DNA from: Octopus vulgaris
Lineage: Eukaryota
NCBI GenBank assembly: GCA_951406725.2
Contig: OX597817.1
Span: 133,982,001-134,046,000 of the forward strand
Reading direction: 5' to 3'
Length of the DNA: 64,000 nucleotides
A model generated the notes under the pieces. It was not told where the DNA came from and searched no databases. It saw nothing but the letters and a program-made list of their open reading frames with translations. Each line of letters starts with the position of its first letter. Within the stretch, counting starts at the first letter, position 1. Below are positions 22,721 to 35,889 of the stretch, piece after piece. Position numbers and translations under genes: made by a program.

Positions 22721-25700
22721 CAGGGGCGTGCACTCTCAGCAATGCAAGGTATGCGCTGCATGCCTTCCTTGTTTCAAAGAAAATACGTCCAGTTGTTTTA
22801 GAAATATTGTCTCCACTTCGTACATCTGCTTTGATAAATGCTTTTAGAAGATCGCATGATACACACTCCCTCTCTGTCTGTATTAGTTTGTCCTTCCTTC
22901 CTCTCTCTCTCTATCTTAGTGACTCGATAAATTTATCGCTTGTCATGCGTTGGGAAGACAGCATGAGTCCCTTCTCTCTGTCTTTGATAGTTTGTCCCTT
23001 CTCCCTCTTTCTTTGTTTAAAAGATATACTACGAGGAATGGTCACCCCCTTCTCTCTCAGCGATTCGACAAATTCAGTTTGGCGTGTCATGCTGTGCTTA
23101 GATCGCATATCACGCCTCTCTGGCTATTTTGACCGGAACAAGAGCCGTCCCATAATTCTTGTTTTAGCCAGCTGAAATGTTGGAATAGCCTTCGCATGTA
23201 AGTTTGAAATTTTTTATCCAAAACATCCGTTTGCACTATCATATTTTTAGAAAGTTTTGAAAGCAAAAATATCTACATTATATTTCTTATTTCAGAAATA
23301 GCTAATTAATCTTAAATTAATTTAACAAAGGGTATTTTTCCGTTTTGTTGAAATTGACTTAAAATTTACGCCGGCGCTTCCACGTGGGTCCTTAAATAAG
23401 AGCAGCCTTTTTCAAAATGAGTGAAATGTGTGCTATAAACGATATTTTGAGAACTAGTTTTTCTAAAAGGGACTTCGATGGGAAAAAATTAATTATAAAT
23501 CGCGGGAGACCAACACCGAATTTACCTAATTTGCGAAGCTACAACAAGAAATTCACGAGACAATTTCAGGTTAATTCGTATGAAAAGAAGAAATGGTTAA
23601 CTGGAAGTGTTGCTCTTAATAAATTATTCTGTTGGCCGTGTTTACTTTTTGGCTTAGAAAAAAATGTTTGGAATGATAAAGGCTATGATGATTTAAATAA
23701 TTTACATATGGCTATGCTAAAGCACGAGCGTTCTCAAAGGCATATAAAATGTTTGATAGACCTTAAAATATTCGGGAATGTTCGCATAGACTTACAATTA
23801 GATGCACGTAAAAATCAAAGCATACAACAGCATAATGAGAAAGTTCGACGAAACAGATCCATTCTGCAACGATTGATCGATGTTATTTTTTTAGGCCTCC
23901 AGGAATTATCGTTTCGGGGTCATTTTGAATCTGAAGGCTCTAATAATCGGGGAAATTATAAAGAACTCGTTTATTTGATCAGTCAGTATGACAAACAAAT
24001 GGAAAGTCATTTAGATACAGCTGCTATCTTCACTGGTCTGTCGAACAGAATTCAAAATGACTTGATCGAAGCAATTCATAAAGTTATGTTGAATGAGATA
24101 CAGAAGGAAATTGACCAAGCTAAGTTTGTTTCTATTCTTGTTGATGAGACATCTGATGTCTCAGCATCTTCACAACTGTCAACAGTTTTACGTTATGTTA
24201 CAGAAGACTGTGACGAAAGAACGATTTATCGGTTTTAGTGATGTTAGTGCAGATCGATCTGCAAATGCTTTATCTGAACATGTTTTTAAATGCATTGAGA
24301 CGTGGGAATGTGGAAACAAATTGATTGCGCAGACATATGATGGTGCCGCTACAATGGCAGGACAACTAAATGGGTTACAGGCAAAAGTAAGAAAGAAATA
24401 TGAATGTGCGATCTTTATTCATTGTTGTGCCCATATCCTAAATTTAGTTCTTTCACAATCATGCTCTGCTATGAAAGAATGCAAGATATTTTTTCTACAA
24501 TAAATGGACTCGGTACATTTTTTACGAAATCACCGAAAAGGACTAATGCATTAGATAATATTGTTAAAAAAAGATTTCCGAAAGCAACAGCAACTAGATG
24601 GAATTACTCCTCACGTCTTATTATTACCACAAAGGAAAATTATAATTTCATAATCAGCCTTTTTGAACACATCATTCAAAATCCTGAAGCATGGGATGAG
24701 ACCACCATAAATTCAGCAATTGGATTCTTACACACTTTAAAAGCTCCTGATTTCTTATTTTTGTTAGAGGTATTCAGTGACATTTTTTCTTTTACTGACG
24801 TCTTATTTAACATACTCCAGAGTAAAATTCATGACATAGTGTATTGTAAACAGCAAATAGATAAAACTAGAACTGTACTCGAAAACAAACTTGATAATTT
24901 TTCAGTCTTTTATGATAGGTTAGGGGAAAAATATGGAGTCGATGCAGGAATCGGAATTCAGAGATCCAAGAATATATCTATTGATCCCCAACGACATTAT
25001 AGAACGCTTTATAACAAAATTATAAGTACAATAGTTGACCAAATAAAAGCACGATATTCATCCTTAGAAGAGTTTAAATTCATGGAACTTTTGAATTTCA
25101 ACAAAGTTGATGAGTATTGCAAACAATTTCCTGTGGACTCTTTAGATTCTTTAAGAACAACTTATGGCAGATTTTTTGATGTAATACGATTACAAAGTGA
25201 GCTCAATGTGATGTATTCAATGAAAGATTTTAAAAAACCAAGTGTAAGTCATTTAATGAGTTGCATTAACAGCACTGATCTTGTTGAAGCTATGCCAGAA
25301 CTCTTCAATCTGTGCAAGTTGATTTTGACAATTCCGTCTACCACTGCTTCTGTAGAGCGATCCTTTTCTGCATTAAGTAGAATTAAAACATATCAAAGAA
25401 ATGCGACAGGAGAAAGAAGACTGTCTGGGTTAGCACTAATGTCAATTGAAAAAGATTTATTACAAGAATTGATGAAAAGAGAAGATTTCTATGAAAATGT
25501 GATAGATATATTTGCCCAGAAAGATCGAAGAATTGAATTAATTTATAAATGAGCTAAGTAACATTTTAAAACATTAAAAAAAATATATATTAAAGAGCAT
25601 ATATTACAGGTTTTGCTTAGTGTTTGTTATAACGTAAGGTTCGACCTTCTTACATCAGTATTGTTTCGCAGGAGAAATGTTTTGATTTCTTCGTGAAACC

Positions 25701-26504
25701 TAACTTACATAGATTTCCCTTTCTGTGCTGCTGGGTGTAGTCTATTTACGGCCGTAAATAAATGTTTTGTTTCACTTTCAATAAGTGTCTTGTTTCAATC
25801 TCAGATGTTGACTTCTGCCACAACAGTTTTGGGAGGCTTTTTACAATGTTGAATTTTCGCTGTCTTTCATTGTGTGCGTATTCATGTATATGCGTGTATT
25901 TTCAATGTTTGTGCGTGAGACGTAGTCCTTTAATGTACGGAGTTCAGTAAGTCTCAGAACAGTCAATAATTTTCCCAGGAATTGACAAGTAGCATGATAA
26001 AGAACCTGACTTGTCTTCGAGAGCGTAACGATCTAAAACCATGGCCATATAATGTAACTAAATGTGTTCTTTTAATTAAATCATTTTATTCAGCTCAACC
26101 GATAGGTATAGGGGCTAATGCAGAATCGAACCCCTTTGAAAAACGAATTTATGTGAAAATTTTTTTCGGATTCCTACCTTTAACAGAGATTCTGAATATG
26201 CAAAAATATTGACAGAATCCAATTTCATCTTTATTACATTTCACTTATGATTTTTAGACTTTTCTAAGGGAGAATGAGGATGAGAAAGTACTGACGTTTC
26301 GAAGAGCAAAGAATAATACAAACAATACACTTATTTCAGGATCATCTCTGCACAGCCATTTTTTATTCCCTGTTTATTCTGCATATTCAGAATCTCTTAT
26401 ATGTAAATCGTAGGAATACGAAAATGTTTTACTGAAAAATTGCCGGGGGGGGGGGCAATGAAATTAATTGCATGCCCAACGCCGGAAGTCACCGCACGCC
26501 ACTG
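22721..26504 (+). mobile_element. Full-length hAT DNA transposon
   Basis: TIRs CAGGGGCGTGC (22721) and GCACGCCACTG (26494-26504; 10/11 match). Flanked by atatatat on both sides, consistent with an 8-bp TSD in (TA)n. Encloses the transposase. Confidence 0.95.
23417..25552 (+). pseudogene. hAT transposase (ZMYM1/DUF4371-like) split by two frameshifts
   Basis: Motifs: LFCWPCLLF..KHERSQRH zinc finger, FRGH..GNY, ILVDETSD, QTYDGAA, HCCAH.LNL, TRWN and the TASVERSFSAL..RLSGLALMSIE dimerization domain. Frame changes near 24210 and in the T-run at ~24490. Confidence 0.93.
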
Positions 26505-27039
26505 ATATATATATATATATATATATGACTTTGTCATGGCATACACAGATACTTAAATTAATTTAAAAAATAAACGGTATTATGTATTTCGTAGAGTAAA
26601 TTTACAGCATTGTTATCTTATTCCATTTCTTCTTTGGCATCGAGTCTACTTCCAGTACAACGAAGTCGTTTCTGCTGCACATAGAACAGTTCTGGGTCGA
26701 TTTGCTCGATTAAAGGCAGTGATCCAGCATGCCCGCAGTCAAATGGCTGAAACAAATAATATATATATATAAATATTTGTGTGTGTCTGTGTGTAGATGT
26801 ATTTATATGCCTTATTTTTATTCTATTACACCTACTTATATCAGTACACCCTTTTCCTTGTATTCTTATATTTATGTCTATATATTATCATTTGGTTATG
26901 ATATACAGAGTAAATGTAGGAGAACGTATGATAAATACAAGATATAAACACCATCTTGTGTTTCTCCTACTTGTCTTTCATAATACATGCACATGTACAC
27001 ACATTCCCTCTGACTCCTACGCAACTCAGTCTCTGCACC

Positions 27040-27700
27040 GATGCATACAACGCTTGACCTATGGAGTCCCTACACAGTTTGTCCACCAGCTAAACATAAC
27101 GAATAAATCTCCAAATCATAGCTATCTTTTTAAATATTAAGTCATGGTAAATCTATACATTTTTAGCCGAACTGCCTTTATAAATGAAAGATATTAGATC
27201 CATTAAACAGCCGGAAACCTATAATTCCATGTTTACATAACCTCCCTGAGGTCAATGAATGAGAAATTGACTGAACTACAGTTTCAAGTGTCATTACCTT
27301 CTCCTCAGCGATCGTTTACCCTCGATGAACTGACCTCTGTAAAATCCTATTTAAAGCCAATGGCATGAGGTATATAAATAACTCAGTAAAACATATTTGA
27401 ATATTTGGCACGTTTTTTGCTGTCCTACTAAATAAAATTCTGTTCAATATTCGAATCGATCTTTCTGATATGTTTATACAGCTAATAATATTGACTTAAA
27501 ATATAATTTTATAGTGGTCACTTAATGCAGAGTAATCGTCTGCTGACGAGAATGTAATCGTATTTGAAACTATTGTCCAGTCGTTCACTCAATGAGATTC
27601 TATAAAGATGATAGACATTTAGATTTCTCGAATGTATTTAATAATTTTTATTTATAAATGCATTGAAGACTAAAATTTATGGATTTACTCCATAGTAAAA
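27040..27700 (+). mobile_element. Decayed Penelope-like 3' end
   Basis: NCLYK*KILDPLNSRKPIIPCLH (~27170-27240) resembles the PLE endonuclease terminus. An HHR lies downstream at 27537. Confidence 0.5.
27537..27583 (+). ncRNA. Type I hammerhead ribozyme with intact core
   Basis: cgtctg CTGACGA gaatg-taatcg-tattt GAAAC tatt GTC cagtcg. GUC cleavage triplet; stem I 5/6 paired. Confidence 0.75.
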
Positions 27701-28182
27701 TTTAGTACGAAAAATAAGCGCCGCTGAAAGGGTCAATAATTCACTTGATATTGAATAATAGAGACCAAAATATATGATATCTAAAAATAGGTGAGATGGT
27801 CACAAGCGGAATGCTTTTGATAAAAGTTCTCTTCTCAATTATGGTTTAACTTAGGACAAAACAACTACACACGATAATGTAGGTATGTTTCTCTCTCCAT
27901 TCACATACACACGTTTTGCATGTGTACGTACACACACACAAAGAAAAACTAGTGTTTTTATGCATACAACAGCAGATATTAAATAAGCAGACCAGTGCAC
28001 GTGTACTCTACAGGTTCTGTCTTATTGACAGTGAGTTCTAACATTCGCTGACCGTGTAGTTTATTTAGGTTGCTTCAATAATTCCCAAACTCCGTGAAAC
28101 GTTGAAGTCACAATGTTTGTATTGTATGCATATATGTACGTATACCTGTAAAGGTATACATATGTACAAGTACATGTAAGAT

Positions 28183-28184
28183 GC

Positions 28185-28278
<94 letters not shown>
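28183..28278. repeat. (TA)n(CA)n microsatellite
   Basis: Direct observation. Similar tracts at 740-860, 22465-22505, 37970-38070, 52000-52090, 59063-59110, 60310-60460 and 61355-61455. Confidence 0.95.
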
Positions 28279-28281
<3 letters not shown>

Positions 28282-28639
28282 AAAACGAGATTTTAAAAAA
28301 TCTAGGCGAACAATTTATAGGCACTATGTCGGGGCAAACTTGGTTAACTAAATTGTTTATTGAAATCCACGGTGGTCGTAAAGTTACTCTCCGCTTTCTG
28401 TCCAGTTTGTAAATCCGAAACCCAAACACCAAAGGAATTTAGTATAAGGTTCGAGAGTATAGAATGAAAATACAAAGAATGGAGAATTATTCATTCTTTA
28501 ATTCGCTTTCACGCGTTTCAGATGAGATGAACATTTCAAACTTTTGCGATGCAGTAATCATGCATGTTAACCGATCCCTTATTTGATGGACCAACATTCT
28601 ACGGCGATAAAGAAATTTAACACTATCCGATCTTTATCA

Positions 28640-31200
28640 AAGCTTTACCACACTGCTTAGAATAGAGAATATTTCGAGGGAGATGGTTTACTGTTTTCTG
28701 ATGAAGGCTCACCAAAAATGATGACAGCTTTCGATCCAAGTCATTTACCCACCTTCGCTTCCGGCACATTGGGGTGGATGTGTGGCTGACAAGACCGACA
28801 TGGGACAAGTTGCTCTAGTGGTACTGAGGACATTGAAAGTAACCCCTAACAACAGTCGCAGGGGGTTGAAGACATCTCATGCAGTCTCCTGCATTCGGTT
28901 TCTAAAACACTCTACTCCAGTCTCACACATGAATTTCCATGCCTTCCGATCAAATGCCAAGTCGCCCAACCTCTTGAAAGACTGTTTCAGATGATAATGA
29001 AACCGAAGTTTTGGGCGTCTATGGGGGCTACCTTCAATTTCGATCTCCCTGAAGAGGACCATCTTTGGGAGTCGGTTACCCGGCATCCGAATCATATGGC
29101 TGACCCAGTGTAGACGTCGACGATGGATGTAGGCTTAAAGACTGTAGATCTAACCCCTGGTGAGGATTTCGGTATGAGGCACCTTGTCCTTCCACATGAG
29201 ACCGAGAATACTTGGGAGCGATCTGATGCGAAGCACTCTGTTTTCTGACCTGGCGCCGATAAAGGGGCTCAGACACGTACAAGAGAATGGACACACTGAC
29301 AGCTCGTTTTTGTACTTGCTCTTAGGTTGCTGCTCTGACAGATTCGTTCTGAGTCCCTCAGACGCCGAGTGGACCCGACGGAGTATTTCCTTGTCAAGGA
29401 GTCCAGGGTGAGAGATCGTGCATCCGAGACAGCAGAATGAGTCCATCTACAGTAGAGGAGCATCATTAATAAAGGCAGGCTGTGACCGAGGTGAATACGG
29501 GAAATCGGATTGGAAAGTGTTAAAGATGCTGCGGATTCTACTTTGCACTTTCAGATTGTGACTATATTGGATTGTTTCCACTTGGCAGGTATAGCCTGCG
29601 CCTGCTAACAGGGAGGAAACAGAGACTGAAGGTGGGATGGGAAGTAAGGTCAACCATACTTGTAGATCTCACCGCATATAGTCCTTCATCGCCAGAAGGC
29701 GTCTTGTTTTTGAGACCGCAGATGGCCTGTTGGGCTTCATGCTAGAACGTCATCAGACTGTCACGATAGAAAGATCTGGAATTTCTTCAAGGTCTGTACA
29801 GCTGACCCGGTTCAGAAGTTCTTGAAAATGTACTCCCCACCTACGATATATCGTAGATTTCCCTTTCGGTAAGGTGCCATTAGATAATCTCACCCGAGTG
29901 GTCAACTTCCTTCATCGGCCTAAGATGCTCTTGATTGATCGTAGAATTTATAGGTTTTTTTCTCGCCTGCAAAATGTTGCCTTTCGAAGCCACCGATTGT
30001 TTTGAGCATTCCCGATGACACGTTGTTCGGTGGCACGAACGTTTTTTCACCCTTGGCCCAGCGTTGCAGAGTCCGTGTTGGCTAGAACAGCATCGTGGAG
30101 CTTGTTTTCGGTCTGGAGTGGTTGTATGACCTAGACCGTTTCATCAAACCACTCGAGGTTGCGAGTAGAACATTGAGGTATGATTCCTTGTAGAACATGG
30201 AGGTATGATTCCTAGAGGTTTTTCATTTTGTCTTAGGTGGGATCAGCAGCCAAAAAATCTGGGAAAGGCGGAAGCTGATCTTGAAGCTTAGTACGCATGT
30301 TAGGATTGGAGAGGGAAGCAATATCAAGACAAAGAAAGGGTTACTATTTTCGGATTGGAAATCTGATCATTCGGTGCTCTGTCCAACACTCGGTAACTCT
30401 CAGCACGAACGATCCCTTTGACATACAATCATATAGCCAAGAAGATACCAGGATTTGGATGGAGGGTACAAGCAAGGAGAGCTGGAAAACCCTGTTGGTA
30501 ATGGCCTGTCCATGTTGGGACGAGAGAGAAAGACGACGAAGGTCATTGGTGTTCATTATTTGCAACACCATGATGGCTAATAACACCGGGTCAGATGCCC
30601 TGGCAGAATGATCTGATCAGATTTGGGTGTCCTTCGGATGACGTCGTTCAGGAACAGATAGAATCTGACCTTCGCTTCTTCATGAAAATCCTAGGTGGAC
30701 TCATTGGCACTGATGATGGTGGTGTATAGATGTTTGGAGGGAACGAGACAGAGTTTGATGAGATGTTCCTGTAATCCGACAGGAAGCTCTGCCATTTTCT
30801 TTGCAATGGAGTTCTTCACAGCGTAGGCCACTCTATGAATTCTACTGTTGGCATCAAGGATACCGTTCCAGTAGAACATGTATCCTTCTTCCTGGTCAGT
30901 ACGGGAGACATCCTCTGAGAAGAGCATCTCACAGAAAGCGTCGGTTCGGAGGCAAGTTCGTCAGTCCTTCGATGATGTCGATCTCAGTTAGGAACGTCAA
31001 GTAATGTTCTGATATTCCAGGAAGCAAATGACTATTTGGTTCCACCGTATAGGAAATGTGGTTTTCTGGCCGAGTAAAACAGCAAGTTTTGTTTGGGACC
31101 ACCTTTTCTAGGCCGTTCCTTGGATTGAGGTAGGCAGGACTTTCCCTAAATAGGGGTGCCTAGACACACGAGCAGGTCTTCCAGCATCATCCGTCATTGG
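28640..31200 (-). mobile_element. Decayed RTE (BovB-like) LINE with internal deletion
   Basis: APE endonuclease EEGYMFYWNG..RIHRVAYAVKNSIAKK..ELPVG..LYTTIISA and CWTEHRMIR. 3' region DSFCCLGCTIS, ILGLMWKDKVPHTEIL, RMPGNRLPKMVLF..RPKLRF..DRKAW. Confidence 0.88.
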
Positions 31201-31859
31201 TTACTTATCGCCGATGGTCATGATAAAGAAATGGAAGAGAACAAAGGAAGAAGGCTGAGATGGATCGGTGTTTGCACAAATATTTGTTTGCAGTGATAAG
31301 GGCGCATAATCCTATACCGCACAAGTTGAGTTAAATGTGACTTGTCCAGTGGCAACGAGGAGATCCAGAGTGACTGGTTCGAGAACAACCTGCAAACGAG
31401 CTGCCGCGTCAACAGTATGTAGTGGGACACTTTTAAAGCCAGCCCGCCTGGATTTATTCTGTTTTATCTACCGAAACTCATAACTTGCCGCCAAAGGTCG
31501 AAGAGACGCAGGTGTGTGACCGGGGCAGACGCCAGATAAAGGAACAGACGCTGTTCTGAATTTGACGAAGGAGAGACGATAAATCAGGGTTTAATATACA
31601 TGCTAGTTAAGCTATACCTGTGACTCTGACAAGTGCTACTATTCCGGGTCAGAGTAGACCTGGACAACAGTGGTTAAGAGGTGGTTTCACACTCCTCAAA
31701 ACCTTAGAACTCCCGTAAGAGGACCCCACTGCTGGATGCCGTTTAAAGATATAGTTAAGTCAATTTTTTGGCTCAAAAAGCGAAAAGCAAGGCCATGTAG
31801 GGGGACATGGAGATATACCCAGGACTCGGACATAGCCGTAAAACTATACGTGTCCAAAG

Positions 31860-34800
31860 GATAAGGATGGTATTTCAGCAGCCTACTTCGGAGTAGTAAT
31901 CATCAGATGATGCTAGAAATGTAACAGGATACTTTGTCTCAACAATCCCACCCGTAAACTTGAAGGTTTATGGCAAAATTCCTACCCATTTAAGTCGTTA
32001 CTGACCAATTCAAATAGAGAGAGGTGGTATGTAGAAGCAAGGAGATATTTCAGGAGACAATTAAGTTACGATGGAAATGTCATTTGATCAATATCAAATC
32101 TAAATATAATCTAGGAGTTAAAGACAGGAAGAGTTATTGAGAATTCTAAAGGAAAATAACTGATATATTACTATTATAGATTTATTTTCCTTAAAAGAAT
32201 GAATATTAGAATAATTGTATGATTAATATAAATGAAGATAAAAGAAATTAAGAAAAAAATAATGTAAATTAAAAATAAATAAAAGCTTAAAAGGTAATTC
32301 AAAATAATGTAAACTGTAATTAAAAGCTAAATCAAAAAGCAATTAAAAATAATTAAAAGTAATTAAATATAATTGAAAATTATTAAAAACTGATAAAAAA
32401 AATAGTAATCTAATTACAGAATTTAAAAAATTAAATAATATCAACTACAATATACTGACAGTTATAACATTAAGATAACTAAAATAATTAGGTAAACAAT
32501 TAGGTAACTTATTACCAAAGGTAAAAGATAATAGCAGTCGGGTTAAATATACTGGACCGTGAAAGGCAGACCCGACTACATTAGGGTATACTGATCGGTA
32601 TTTCATTTATTTGGGAAGGTTTTAAAGGCTCTAAGTAAATGAGTACACCCTAACGTTAATTTATTTCTTTTATGTAATGCTAGATTTGGATGTCAGGATA
32701 TGTAACTTCTCTTCGAAGCATAAGTTGCATTTTAGTCTCCCTTCACTGTACCGTGACACACTACTTATTGTAAATCATATAATATCATGTCCAATCCTCA
32801 TTCTGAGGCTCCAGATAAATTTAACTTAATGAAGTGGTGTTTTTCATTTATTATATTTCGATGTTTAAACGAAGAAACATGATTATAAGTCTTGATTTCA
32901 AATCAGATGCGCAAGCACCTATATAAACAGTAAGTACATTCTCATGTTGCTACTCAACATTTACGAACTGATTTCGTAAGAATTGGATATCAAATGGACA
33001 TTTTAGATGATGTTTAATATCAAGTAACTAGTTAAGCATATTGTTGAGAGATCTTTCGTCTGTGGATTTCCTAATCCTATTGTCAGCATTAGGTGCTGAG
33101 CTAGAAATCTCTTCCATATAAATATCATACATCTGATATAAACATGTTTTACCTATTTGGAGTATATATATTTCAGATTCATTAAATATATCCCTAAATT
33201 GTTTCATATTATTGTAGTTCACATTATTACCATTAAGATTATTATGCTTGAAAAATTAATTTGCATCGTCTACATGTCTACAGCGAGATCTGGTATTAAT
33301 ATTTGCGCATTTATTCTTGTTGTGTCTATGCAGATTCAGACGCAAAATATGCTAGTCTCTGCAGAGTATGTCTTAGAACAACAACTTATCCTTTTTAAGA
33401 CCAGTGTGTTCCACAAACACATCTCATTGACTTGCGGCGATCTGGGACACCGGTGTTTTGACATGTAGTGTATTGACAGTCAAAAGTATCTGAAACTCAC
33501 CAAAGCTGCTGGTTTTGGTTAGTTTCAAAGATCCCAAACGCTGTGCGCCAATGGGACAAGTGTGTCGAGGACGCTGTTGTAAAATGGAAAAACCATTCTC
33601 CTCTGACATGTGCCTAGCATATTTTGCGTCTGAACCTACCTTCATGTGTTAAGAATAAATATATAAATATTTTTATTACGATTATTATTTTATTATTCGA
33701 CAAACGGTTGGTCTGATTCCAGGTAGAATCCTCGCAGCCTTGAATTGTAAGGGGTTGTATTTTTTCAACATTTTACTTTTCTTCAGATTCCTCGAATCAG
33801 ATTCATATGATGGATAAATCAGTACACAAACTACTACTACTGCTGATACTGCTGCTGCTGTCGCTTGCAATTATCATCATTGTTACTATCATCCTTCTTA
33901 CTAGTGGATTGGTTAAATTCATTTCAATAACAATTCTTAACTCAGTTGCATACCCTGGTATAATTTTACCCAAATTCCTTATAGTTGACTACACATATTT
34001 GATTGTATATCTGTCAAATAACTTACCATATTTACTTGATGGTGGGAAACGCTTGTCTAGAGTCATGAGGAACTGACCTCGTACATTTATATTGACTCGG
34101 GACCCGTATGGAGCATTATACTATTTAACCTGTCTTGTGCAAACTCTCCGCTTTCTATGATTAATAATATAGTTACTATTTATTGACTTATCTCCGCATA
34201 TATCGTTATTAGTAAAAATATGAGGGAGAACCATATTGAGTTATCATTCTTATTTCTCTTTATTATTAGTACGACTATTCTCATCATCCTTACTGCCCCT
34301 CCATTTCTAGCGTAATTACTATTACCAGTATCATTATTAACCCTATTATAATCCGCTGATTGTTTGGTGGTTACAATGGTCCTATTAATATTAAGTTTCC
34401 ATCTTAGATTCACATAGCTATCCTCGCACTTCAGTTCACTGTTTCAATTAATTAGATGTTTTTACCTTGTTGCACACTAAATACACTGACTATTCTATTA
34501 CTTCTTGTTGTTACTCTTCCAATTAAAGTATGCTTTTGTATTTTTATTCTGGCGATCACTACCGTTATTCTTCCGTTCCATCACTTCAACCTCTTTATAT
34601 TAATTTTACCGTTAGGAATATAATAAGTATTCTTTTTATAACGAACTTAATGCTAAATTGAAGAATTTCTCATTTTGCATAAATATCTTTTCATTAGCTG
34701 AATGTTTAGAGATTCTAAGGGAGACGCTCATAATTATAGAATTTAAAATTGCTTTTGGAGGATTAGATTTATAACTCCCGTATTTGAAGTTCATATCGGG

Positions 34801-35590
34801 TCTGTGTTACGGATAATTTAGTCCTGTACTAAAGTCCAAGGTAACACCCAGAAAAACTACAATAGTCATTCTCCAGGGCGATTAATATTCTTAAACCCTT
34901 AAAAAATTGAAAGTTTTTTTCCCTACATCTTTCTAAGTTAACCTTACTACACATATAAACAGTAAATAAAGCGTGATCTCTATATAATCTCCACCTAGCT
35001 CAGGAATTTCACTCTTTAGGCATTGTGATAATCCTTATTAAGTCAGTTGTTTGTGCAAAGTCAGCGCTACCCCAGCCACCGCCCAGTTGTGATATCAAAC
35101 TCTTAGGTCTGTCCTTTCAGATCCAATATCTACCTCTAGTCTACATAAAATCGGAGTTCCTCATCGCAAAGGTAAGAGGTTTATTTAGTAAAATAGGGTT
35201 AATGGAGGAATAACTAGATATATCTTTCTTAAAGTATTCCTTTGTATTCTGGTGATCATTATCTTTATTCATCCGTTCCATCACTTCAACCTCTTTATTT
35301 TCCCCATGTCTGAATTCGAAGGGCATATGAATCTAACTGCAGGATTAGTTACGAAGTTGGGCATATGAGCTTTTAAATTTATTGGCAGCATCCCAGGTGA
35401 ACGTGGTTCATTTCTGTCTTCCACTTGTATCTCCATTATACCTTTTCCTAGCGTGGAATAAACTAGTCTGAGTAATTTTATAATCCTTTGCAAGTTCCTT
35501 CTTAATAATAGATAAGAATTAATCAAAATCATAAAGATTAGCAGTCTTACCCACGCGGACAAGAATTCTTGATTAAATTTTTATTTCCTT
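31860..35590 (-). mobile_element. Decayed Penelope-like element (RT + GIY-YIG + AT-rich tail)
   Basis: RT motifs LKAHMPNFVTNPAVRFICPSNSDMGK, DISS.YSSI, FDIT.G, LYRDH and VVFLGVTLD..SNPP. Then IWF, KLFDRYTIK and KCNLCFEEKLHIL (~32695-32735). A degenerate HHR core (CTGATGA..hairpin..GAAA) lies at 31873-31906 on the minus strand. Confidence 0.85.
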
Positions 35591-35634
35591 AGCCAAAAGG
35601 TTTAGTTTCCTTCAAAGTATTTGCAGGGTTTGAT

Positions 35635-35860
35635 AGACGTAGGTAGTCAGGCATACAGGTAGGTTGGTAGGGAGACTGGGAGGGAGGGAAGTTGGTAGGC
35701 AGGTAGGTAGACAGGCATATAGGTAGGTAGGGAGAGAGGGATACAAGGAGGGATATATACAGGGAGGAGGAGGTATGGATAAAGGGAGGGAGGGAGGTAG
35801 GCAGGTAGGAATGCAGGGAGGTAAGTAGGTAGGGATATAGGAGGTAGGTGGTAGGTAGGT
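35635..35860 (+). repeat. (GTAG)/(GGAG)-type degenerate tetranucleotide repeat
   Basis: Direct observation. Confidence 0.8.
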
Positions 35861-35889
35861 CCAATGTTTGAAGAAGACGGCGCACTAAC

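Noticed and set aside
22576-23175. 199-aa ORF upstream of the hAT transposase
   Set aside because: It crosses microsatellites and the TIR boundary, so it is a chance frame.
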